Shown: piece after piece, positions 32,099 to 39,854 of the stretch
Layout of the letters: each line of letters opens with the position of its first letter
How positions within the stretch are numbered: the stretch's first letter is position 1
Assembly (NCBI GenBank): GCA_034006805.1
Contig: JAVESC010000001.1
Span: forward strand, 42,627-106,626
Source of the DNA: Advenella sp.
GTDB lineage: Bacteria; Pseudomonadota; Gammaproteobacteria; Burkholderiales; Burkholderiaceae_B
Length of the DNA: 64,000 bases
Reading direction: 5' to 3'
The notes under the pieces: generated by a model
The model's database searches: none
What the model was told of the DNA's origin: nothing
Seen by the model: the letters and a program-made list of their open reading frames with translations, nothing else
Position numbers and translations under genes: made by a program

Positions 32099-33775
32099 CT
32101 ATTTCAACGCAGCGGCACGGATCTGGTCAATAGTGGCAGATGGTGTAATCGCTTGCGGATCAATAAGGCAATGCAAAATGGCCGGTTTGCCACTGGCAAT
32201 GGCCCGTTCAAATGCAGGGCCAAACTCCTCATTGCTTTCCACCCGTTCTCCGTGCCCGCCAAAGGCTGTGGCATAGGCGGAAAAGTCGGGATTTTGCAGA
32301 TGGGTGGCACTGATACGGCCAGGGTAATGCTTTTCCTGGTGCATGCGGATGGTGCCATACATGGCATTGTCAAAAATGAGCACAATAATATTCAAGCCAT
32401 ACTGTACGGCAGTCGCAAATTCCTGGCCGTGCATCATGAAGCAGCCATCACCGGCAAAGCAAACAACGGGAGTGTCTGGTAACAGGCGTTTTGCAGCCAC
32501 GGCCGCTGGAACGCCGTAGCCCATGGAGCCCGAGGTGGGTGCCAGCTGGGTGCCGAATTGGGTGAAACGATGGAAACGGTGTAGCCAGGTGGCATAGTTG
32601 CCGGCACCGTTGGTCATAATGGTTTCAGGTGCGAGATTGGCTTCCAGGTATTGCATGATATGCGGCATTTGCAGCTTGCCAGGAACATTGACCGTAGACG
32701 GGTCGCTCCATGCCTGGTATTCGCTATGGGCCTGGCTGACGAGTGCCTCACGGTTGGCAGCCGGTTTGACGTCCAGTTTTTCAAGAGAACGTGTGAATTC
32801 GGCAGGGCTGGCGTTAATGGCCAGTTGTGCCTGGTATACCCGGTTCAGCTCTTGGCTGTCGGGGTGAACGTGAACCAGTTTTTGTTTTGGTACCGGGATG
32901 GAAAGTGCCGTATAACTTTGTGAAGGAACTTCAGACATGCGGCCCCCCACCAGCAGGACGGTATCTGCTTGCTCAAAACGTTTTAGCAGCTTGGGGTTAA
33001 TGCCCAGGCCAATATCACCGGCAAAGCAGGGGTGGTTGGCAGGAAAGAGCATTTGACGGCGGAATTGTACGGCTACCGGGAGCTGGGCTTTTTCCGCAAA
33101 ACGGGCAAAGGCATTCACGCTTTCTTCGGTCCAGCGGCTGCCGCCTAAAATGGCCAGCGGATTTTTAGCTTCATTCAACAGCTTTTCAAGCGAATCTATT
33201 TGGAGCGGGGTGGGGGCAGACTCAACGGCCTGTACGCGGGGTGCATCAGCAACGGTGCAAAGCTGAACCAGCATGTCTTCGGGCAGGGCAATAACGACCG
33301 GCCCGGGGCGGCCGGATGTCGCGACATGAAAGGCGCGGGAAATCAACTCGGGAATGCGGCTGGCATCATCAATTTCGGTGGTCCATTTGGTTTGGGTGCC
33401 AAAAACAGCGCGGTAATCTACCTCTTGGAATGCATCGCGTTCACGCATGCCGGTTTCAATTTGGCCAACAAAAACAATTAAAGGGGTGGAGTCTTGCATG
33501 GCAATATGAATGCCCGCAAAGGCGTTGCTTGCACCCGGTCCGCGGGTAACCATGCAAATACCCGGGCGGCCGGTTAGTTTTCCATAAGCATCGGCCATCA
33601 TGGCAGCACCGCCTTCTTGTCGGCATACGGTAACCTGGATATCGACATCGTGCAGGGCATCAAGCACGGCAAGATAGCTTTCGCCAGGCACACAAAAAAC
33701 GTGATCTACGCCTTGTGTTAATAGTTGATCAACAAGAATTTGTCCGCCACTACGAGTTTTGATATTGTTGTCCAT
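32099..33775 (-). CDS. Thiamine diphosphate-dependent enzyme (acetolactate synthase-like family, substrate unknown)
   Basis: 558 aa with an N-terminal Pyr domain VFCVPGESYL..EGGAAMMADAY. ThDP motif GDGCFMMHGQE...FDNAMYGT. Confidence 0.8.
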   Translation of the reverse strand: MDNNIKTRSGGQILVDQLLTQGVDHVFCVPGESYLAVLDALHDVDIQVTVCRQEGGAAMMADAYGKLTGRPGICMVTRGPGASNAFAGIHIAMQDSTPLIVFVGQIETGMRERDAFQEVDYRAVFGTQTKWTTEIDDASRIPELISRAFHVATSGRPGPVVIALPEDMLVQLCTVADAPRVQAVESAPTPLQIDSLEKLLNEAKNPLAILGGSRWTEESVNAFARFAEKAQLPVAVQFRRQMLFPANHPCFAGDIGLGINPKLLKRFEQADTVLLVGGRMSEVPSQSYTALSIPVPKQKLVHVHPDSQELNRVYQAQLAINASPAEFTRSLEKLDVKPAANREALVSQAHSEYQAWSDPSTVNVPGKLQMPHIMQYLEANLAPETIMTNGAGNYATWLHRFHRFTQFGTQLAPTSGSMGYGVPAAVAAKRLLPDTPVVCFAGDGCFMMHGQEFATAVQYGLNIIVLIFDNAMYGTIRMHQEKHYPGRISATHLQNPDFSAYATAFGGHGERVESNEEFGPAFERAIASGKPAILHCLIDPQAITPSATIDQIRAAALK

Positions 33776-33886
33776 GAGTCATCTATAATAGTATTGTTTG
33801 TAATAAGTACAGCCATAATAAAGTGTTAGCTTGCTTCTTAAGAAAACATTTTGGCTGTCAGAACATTATATTAAAGGAAATTTCAT

Positions 33887-34876
33887 ATGAAAGGGCGTTC
33901 CCCGTTTCGCATCGCTGCGCTGGCCATGAGCCTGGGTCTTGGCTTTATGGTCATGACTTCTCCTGCCAAGGCGCAAAGCAACTACCCCGATCACGCGGCA
34001 AAGATTGTTGTTGGTTTTAGTCCTGGTGGCACCACCGACGTTCTGGCGCGTATTGTTGCCAAAGGCCTGACTGAAGAGTTGGGTGAAACCTTTGTCGTTG
34101 AAAACAAAGCCGGTGCTGGCAGTAATATTGCCACAGATCAAGTTGCCCGTGCCAAGCCCGATGGTTATACATTGCTAATGATGGCTATTACCACTACCAT
34201 TAATCAAACACTGTATAACAACATCAAGTTTGATGTTGAAAAGGATTTTGCGCCTGTTGCACTGGTTGCCAAGGTACCTAACGTTCTGGTTGCCAACAAA
34301 AAAATGCCCTATAATTCGGTGAAAGAGTTGGTCGAGTACGCAACATCCAAACCTGAAGAGGTGGTTTATGGTTCTTCAGGTTCTGGTACGTCCATGCACT
34401 TGTCTGGTGAGCTTTTCAAGCAGCAGGCTGATGTCGAGATGCTGCATATTCCTTATAAAGGCAGTGGTCCAGCCATGACAGCCCTTTTGGGCGGCCAGGT
34501 TCATGTCATGTTCGACAACATGCCTTCTTCGGCTCCTCACATCAATGCGGGCTCATTAAAGCCATTTGCCATTACTTCCGCTAGCCGTTCTCCGGCTTTC
34601 CCTGATGTTCCTACCCTTCAGGAATTGGGCTACCCCAATTTCACGGTTGACTCCTGGTTCGGCATTGTTGCGCCTGCCGGTACACCACAAGAAATCGTAG
34701 ATAAACTAAACCTTACCATTGAAAAAGTCCTGTCTAAACCCGAAGTGGTTGAACAGCTGGATGGTTTGGGTGCGGTTGTTGAGAAAAACACACCCGCGCA
34801 GTTTGGCGAGTTCATTTCTGCCGAAACCAAAACCTGGGGTGATGTTATCCGCAAGGGCGGCATTAGCGTAGATTAA
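33887..34876 (+). CDS. Bug-family (TctC-like) tripartite tricarboxylate transporter substrate-binding protein
   Basis: Signal peptide, then YPDHAAKIVVGFSPGGTTDVLARIV and YKGSGPAMTALLGGQV, the hallmark Bug motifs. Confidence 0.9.
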   Translation: MKGRSPFRIAALAMSLGLGFMVMTSPAKAQSNYPDHAAKIVVGFSPGGTTDVLARIVAKGLTEELGETFVVENKAGAGSNIATDQVARAKPDGYTLLMMAITTTINQTLYNNIKFDVEKDFAPVALVAKVPNVLVANKKMPYNSVKELVEYATSKPEEVVYGSSGSGTSMHLSGELFKQQADVEMLHIPYKGSGPAMTALLGGQVHVMFDNMPSSAPHINAGSLKPFAITSASRSPAFPDVPTLQELGYPNFTVDSWFGIVAPAGTPQEIVDKLNLTIEKVLSKPEVVEQLDGLGAVVEKNTPAQFGEFISAETKTWGDVIRKGGISVD

Positions 34877-34964
34877 TGCTGTAGTTAATGGCTTGTTTTG
34901 CCTGGTATTCCTGGTGTTTTTTCGGGCAGGCAAATAACAAGCCGGCTATCTTTGCCCAAGGCAT

Positions 34965-35002
34965 AAAAAAAGCTAATAGATTTAAATCTATTAGCTTTTT
35001 TT
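34965..35002. terminator. Bidirectional rho-independent terminator
   Basis: aaaaaa agctaataga tttaaa tctattagct tttttt: a perfect 10-bp stem flanked by an A run and a T run. Confidence 0.75.
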
Positions 35003-35097
35003 GTTGCTTCTCAATCCAGGGTACTTTCCCTTTTGTAGGGATAAGACATGGGAATTTATATATAAGCAGAGAATGCTTTTTTTTGTACTGGACTGAT

Positions 35098-35328
35098 TTA
35101 CCAGCTGAAACCACCTGTGCTGTGATTTTTACGGTCAGCCTGGTCAATGGCTTTTTCTGTGTCTTTGAATATGCCGACAAATACGCTAAAAGCACTGGCA
35201 ACTGAAGATACAATGGCTTTAAACATTTTTATCAGATTAACAGGACGCTCTTCGCTGATGGCCTGTGAAATAAGTTCGCGCTCAAGGTTGTCGCTAAGGG
35301 TGATGTTGGAATTCATTGCGGTTTTCAT
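35098..35328 (-). CDS. Hypothetical small protein (76 aa) with one hydrophobic helix
   Basis: Codon usage looks coding. Hydrophobic stretch AIVSSVASAFSVFVGIF. Weak GAGA-type RBS. No family recognised. Confidence 0.45.
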   Translation of the reverse strand: MKTAMNSNITLSDNLERELISQAISEERPVNLIKMFKAIVSSVASAFSVFVGIFKDTEKAIDQADRKNHSTGGFSW

Positions 35329-35562
35329 GCGTTATCTCTTTTGAATTGAGGGTATTAAGTAAGTGATTTCCATTATAGGGTTTTCCCCTATATGATTGCA
35401 AGGGAAATTGAGCTTTTCTTAAATAATCAATTGAAAAATAAGGAATTTTTTAAAAATACCGCAAATAATGAGCATTCATTGTTGTGGAAAACAACAATTG
35501 TTACAAATTATGGTTGATTGTTATTATCAGGACAGTCATGAGCTTTAATAAAGGAGTTAACA

Positions 35563-36360
35563 ATGCGTGAATGTCTGGATTGTGGTGTTCTGATCGTGCC
35601 TGCTTTTGAAAAAAAAATACGGGCCTTTATCGATATGGTCAATGTAAACACCCGGAAACTGAATCTGTATCCCGTTAGCCTGACTGAGGACGAGTGTGCT
35701 TCGGATGTGTTTTCTGTCCAGGAGCCATTTCAAGAAACCTATCCGGCTCCTTCTGTTTTGTCAAACCTGTCACAAAGGTTGCAACGGTTTGATTTCATTC
35801 TGCTTCCGGTTTCCCGTGATTCGCTGGTATGGTCCAGAATGCTGCTACAGCAGACTCATATATCATTATTGCCGCCGGTGGTGGCGCTCACCAGGGAAAT
35901 ACATCCTGTCGCCATGTATGACCTGGTTTGTCTTGGTGTGGCTGATTTCGCTTTTGAACCAGATAATATCGAAGAATTAAGAGTCCGTCTGCTGATGATT
36001 ATGCGGCATGCACATGAAAAGCAATTGCTTGACGGCTTAATGCCACCGTTATTGCAAGACGAAGCCTGCGTGAATACCCATAGAATTATCGATTCCGTAA
36101 AATCTGCTTCCAAATCCCTAAAACCTGTTTTTGATGCTGGAACGTGTTGCAAGGAATTAGCCAATCGGGGCAAATCCTATAAAGAAGCCAAATCCGCTGT
36201 CGTTGCCCATTTTGAACAGTTTTATATTACAAATGCTCTGTTCAGGTGCGGGGGTAATATTGCCATGGCGGCCAGGGCCTCCGACAAGCACCGACGGGCA
36301 TTTTGGGCATTAATGCAAAAGCATGGTATTAAGGCAGATGCATTCAAAGATATGCTTTAG
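35563..36360 (+). CDS. Atypical regulator: degenerate (pseudo-)receiver domain plus C-terminal Fis-type HTH
   Basis: Receiver-like strand pattern VLIVP / FDFILLP / PVVALT / GVADFAFEP, but the acidic pocket and Lys are replaced. HTH motif ALFRCGGNIAMAARASDKHRRAFWALMQKHGI. RBS aaaggag. Confidence 0.65.
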   Translation: MRECLDCGVLIVPAFEKKIRAFIDMVNVNTRKLNLYPVSLTEDECASDVFSVQEPFQETYPAPSVLSNLSQRLQRFDFILLPVSRDSLVWSRMLLQQTHISLLPPVVALTREIHPVAMYDLVCLGVADFAFEPDNIEELRVRLLMIMRHAHEKQLLDGLMPPLLQDEACVNTHRIIDSVKSASKSLKPVFDAGTCCKELANRGKSYKEAKSAVVAHFEQFYITNALFRCGGNIAMAARASDKHRRAFWALMQKHGIKADAFKDML

Positions 36361-36429
36361 TTCGTTACTGTCACCCTGCAAGTGCCTGAATCAGTTAAAA
36401 TTCTTGATTCATTATTAAAAGGGATTGCT

Positions 36430-37503
36430 GTGGTTGACGCTACATTACAAAACGATACTTTCCTTCGCGCCTTGCAACGCCAGCCGGTTTCATATACACC
36501 GGTCTGGCTCATGAGGCAGGCTGGCCGTTATCTGGCCGAGTATAAACAAACCAGAAGTACCGCAGGCTCTTTTTTAGGGCTTGCCAAAAACCCGGATTTC
36601 GCAACAGAGGTTACTATTCAGCCCCTGGACCGTTTCCCGCTGGATGCGGCCATTTTGTTTTCAGATATCTTAATGATCCCCGATGCAATGGGGCTGGGGC
36701 TTGATTTTGTGAATGGCGAGGGCCCGCGTTTTGCCCGTCCTTTACGTACCGAAGACGATATCAACAAACTGGCCGTTCCTGATATGAACGAGTTGCGTTA
36801 TGTGTTTGATGCCGTTGCCCAAATCAGAAGCACCCTTAATGGCCGTGTGCCGCTAATCGGGTTTGCAGGCAGTCCCTGGACGGTTGGCTGCTATATGGTA
36901 GAGGGCCAAAGCTCTGCCGACTACCGTACCATTAAAACCATGCTGTATACGCAGCCGGCACTTTTGCACAAAATTCTGGATATTACCGCCCAAACCACGA
37001 CTCAGTACCTGAACGAACAAATCAAGGCGGGTGCCCAGGCCGTGATGATTTTTGACAGCTGGGGTGGTGCCCTGGCCGATGGCCTGTACCAGCAGTTTTC
37101 GCTGGCTTACATGAAGCAGGTTTGTGATGGTTTGCTGCATGAATACAATGGCCAGAAAATCCCGGTGATTGTCTTTACCAAGGGCGGCGGCCTGTGGCTG
37201 GAAGATATTTTAACTTCGGGTTGCGATGCCATTGGGCTTGACTGGACGGTTAACCTGGGCAAGGCCCGGGCCCGTGTTAACGATGCCGTGGCTTTGCAGG
37301 GCAACCTTGACCCCATGAGCCTGTTTGGCAGCGAAGCGTCGGTGCGCCAGGAAGTGCGCCGGGTTATTGATGATTTTGGTCCGGTTGGAAAAGGTGGACA
37401 TGTCTTCAATCTGGGGCATGGCATTTCCCAGTTTACCAATCCGGAAAGGGTGACTGCCCTGGTGGATGAAGTGCATTCTTATAGCCGAAAAATGCACGGC
37501 TAA
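36430..37503 (+). CDS. hemE: Uroporphyrinogen decarboxylase
   Basis: [28 protein letters not shown] and [12 protein letters not shown] motifs. The track ORF starts at GTG 36382. GTG 36430 fits the usual N-terminal length and has an aaaggg RBS. Confidence 0.92.
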   Translation: MVDATLQNDTFLRALQRQPVSYTPVWLMRQAGRYLAEYKQTRSTAGSFLGLAKNPDFATEVTIQPLDRFPLDAAILFSDILMIPDAMGLGLDFVNGEGPRFARPLRTEDDINKLAVPDMNELRYVFDAVAQIRSTLNGRVPLIGFAGSPWTVGCYMVEGQSSADYRTIKTMLYTQPALLHKILDITAQTTTQYLNEQIKAGAQAVMIFDSWGGALADGLYQQFSLAYMKQVCDGLLHEYNGQKIPVIVFTKGGGLWLEDILTSGCDAIGLDWTVNLGKARARVNDAVALQGNLDPMSLFGSEASVRQEVRRVIDDFGPVGKGGHVFNLGHGISQFTNPERVTALVDEVHSYSRKMHG

Positions 37504-37522
37504 TTGAAGTTGTGCACAGTTT

Positions 37523-37558
37523 TAATAAAGGGTAATATTTGCCCTTTATTAAAAAAAA
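37523..37558 (+). terminator. Hairpin after hemE (atypical terminator, A-tract downstream)
   Basis: aataaaggg ... ccctttatt stem, followed by A8 rather than a T run, so termination efficiency is uncertain. Confidence 0.4.
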
Positions 37559-37681
37559 TCTCATGAAATTATCTTAAGTTATTGATATTAAATGATAAAT
37601 GGTATTTTTTAGTGTCATTTTTTAGAAATATTCATTTATTGTCATCTTTTTAAAGAGTTATCAATATACTTTTCCCCAAAG

Positions 37682-37690
37682 TTATCCACA
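37682..37690 (+). promoter_or_regulatory. Perfect DnaA box TTATCCACA
   Basis: Exact 9-mer consensus at the 3' end of a ~130-nt AT-rich tract, about 100 nt upstream of the likely priA start. Confidence 0.5.
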
Positions 37691-37787
37691 GCTTGTGGCC
37701 CTGCCATTCAGTACAGATAATCAATCCTTATGGATGGTGGCTTTAGGCCCCCCCGGTCGCTCGTCAGGCAATTTTCAGGAAGCAGGT

Positions 37788-39854
37788 TTGAAGCATAATC
37801 AATGGATTCGTGTGGCATTGGATGTTCCTTTGGCAGGCCCATTCGATTATCGGGTGCCTGACTCCCTTAAGGCATCCAAGGGGCAACGGGTGCTGGTTCC
37901 TTTTGGCCGGCGTGAACTGGTTGGCATTGTGCTGGAAACCATGGAAAGCCCTTCTTACCCCGAAGATCAGGTTAAAGATATCCTGATGGTTTTTGATGAT
38001 TTGCCTGCCTTGCCGCAGGATTGGCTGGATTTTGGCCAGTTTGCCGCTTCGTATTATCATCGTCCGGTTGGAGAGGTCCTGTTGCCAGCCATGCCTTCGA
38101 CACTTAGAAAACCGGGCTCTTATACTGGCAAACTGTCCAAGGGAGGGCCGGTTGCCCGGCTTGACCGCAGAAAAAAAACAGGCAAGCTCCCCGAGCCACC
38201 TCAAGATAAAATGTATGTGCTTAATCCTGAGCAGCAGGATGCCGTGGATACCATACAGGCCATTAACGGTTTCAAAGCCGTTTTATTGCATGGCGTGACT
38301 GGTAGCGGTAAAACCGAAGTCTATCTGCATCTGGCGCTGGATGCCCTGACCAAAGGCAAGCAGGTGCTTTTTCTGGTGCCTGAAATTAATCTTGCACCGC
38401 AATTTGAGCAGGCGTTGCTGGCCCGTTTCCAGCAGGTGGTTGGCCTGGATGGTATTGCGGTCTTGCACAGTGGTCTGGCAGATGGCGAACGCCTGAAAGC
38501 CTGGGTTGCCATACAGCGCGGCCAGGCCAGGGTTGTGTTGGGAACCCGGATGGCTATTTTTGCTCCTTTACAGGAGTCTGGCCTGATTATTGTTGATGAA
38601 GAGCATGACGCCTCTTATAAGCAACAAGAGGGTTTGCGTTATTCGGCACGGGATTTGGCCATCTGGCGCGCACATCAGCTGAACATTCCCGTGGTGCTGG
38701 GCTCGGCCACACCGTCACTGGAAAGCTGGCATCATGCCAATGTTGGCCGGTATCTCAAGCTAAGCCTGACAAAACGCGCCAAAACCACCTATATGCCTGC
38801 CATCAAACTGGTTGATACCAAGCAACTCAAGCTTGAACAGGGGTTTGCACCGGTGGTCTTGCAGTCTATCCGCGAACGGTATGAGCGGGGTGAGCAATCC
38901 CTCGTGTTCCTTAACCGGCGGGGTTATGCGCCTGTCATTCATTGTGCTTCATGTAGCTGGATGAGTCAGTGTCCGCGCTGTTCGGTTTATACGGTCATGC
39001 ATCGCATGCCCGGGCATGGTAATGTTCTGCAATGCCATCATTGCGGTTATTACGGCAGGGTGCCAGTCAAATGTCCCGATTGCGGTAACCAGGATCTGGA
39101 AATGTTGGGCCGGGGAACCCAGCGGGTTGAAGAATTCCTGCGGGAGGTTTTTCCCGACGCCTGTGTAGAGCGGATTGATGCGGATAGCACTCGCCTGAAG
39201 GGCAGTGCCCGTCAATTGTTTGACCGGGTGCATTCGGGCGAAATTGATATATTGGTTGGCACGCAGATGGTGGCCAAAGGCCATGATTTTCGCAAGCTTG
39301 GCCTGGTGTGTGTGCTGAATGCCGATGCCATGCTGTTTTCTTCCGATTTCAGGGCCCCAGAAAAACTTTTTGCCCAGCTTGCTCAGGTTTCAGGCAGGGC
39401 GGGCAGGCATGTGGCGGGTGGCGAAGTGCTGATTCAAACCGCGTATCCCGAACAGGCGGTTTACCAGGCGCTAATACGGCATAATTATGATACCTTTGCC
39501 AATGCCAGTCTTGAAGAGCGTAAAATTACCAGCCTGCCTCCTTTTTCCCACCATGTTCTAATAACTGCCCAGGCCAAAACCGTGAATGAGGCCATGCAGT
39601 TTTTGCAGGAAGCCAAACAACAGTTAATCACCGAGCCGCAACTGGCCGGTTTTCAGGCCGCCATTAATATGTATGATCCCGTTCCCTTAAGGATTGTTCG
39701 GGTGGCGCATGTAGAACGGGCTCAGCTATTGATCGAATCGGCCTCGCGACCTGTTTTGCAGGCATTTCTTGGGTATTGGTTACCGCTGGTGCAGGACATT
39801 GGCAGACGTCACCGTATTCGTTACTTTACCGAAGTGGATCCCCTTGAAATATGA
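37788..39854 (+). CDS. priA: Primosomal replication-restart helicase PriA
   Basis: IRVALDVPLAGPFDY N-terminus, Walker A GVTGSGKTEVY and DEEH box IVDEEHD. Zinc cysteines CASC..CPRC..CHHCG..CPDCG. The start is uncertain (GTG 37695, ATG 37734 or TTG 37788 with an aggaag RBS). Confidence 0.92.
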   Translation: MKHNQWIRVALDVPLAGPFDYRVPDSLKASKGQRVLVPFGRRELVGIVLETMESPSYPEDQVKDILMVFDDLPALPQDWLDFGQFAASYYHRPVGEVLLPAMPSTLRKPGSYTGKLSKGGPVARLDRRKKTGKLPEPPQDKMYVLNPEQQDAVDTIQAINGFKAVLLHGVTGSGKTEVYLHLALDALTKGKQVLFLVPEINLAPQFEQALLARFQQVVGLDGIAVLHSGLADGERLKAWVAIQRGQARVVLGTRMAIFAPLQESGLIIVDEEHDASYKQQEGLRYSARDLAIWRAHQLNIPVVLGSATPSLESWHHANVGRYLKLSLTKRAKTTYMPAIKLVDTKQLKLEQGFAPVVLQSIRERYERGEQSLVFLNRRGYAPVIHCASCSWMSQCPRCSVYTVMHRMPGHGNVLQCHHCGYYGRVPVKCPDCGNQDLEMLGRGTQRVEEFLREVFPDACVERIDADSTRLKGSARQLFDRVHSGEIDILVGTQMVAKGHDFRKLGLVCVLNADAMLFSSDFRAPEKLFAQLAQVSGRAGRHVAGGEVLIQTAYPEQAVYQALIRHNYDTFANASLEERKITSLPPFSHHVLITAQAKTVNEAMQFLQEAKQQLITEPQLAGFQAAINMYDPVPLRIVRVAHVERAQLLIESASRPVLQAFLGYWLPLVQDIGRRHRIRYFTEVDPLEI

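Noticed and set aside
34863-35213. Overlapping ORFs of 105 aa (plus strand) and 116 aa (minus strand) in the gap after the Bug gene
   Set aside because: Both run straight through the bidirectional terminator hairpin. Their products are Cys/Phe- or Lys-rich and implausible, and neither has an RBS.
37504-37787. Chromosomal replication origin (oriC) between hemE and priA
   Set aside because: There is only one perfect DnaA box, with at best two weak ones. The highly expressed atp operon 6-13 kb to the left is on the plus strand, so it would be head-on to a fork leaving this site. No dnaA, dnaN, gidA or parAB genes are nearby. I kept it only as a DnaA-box observation.
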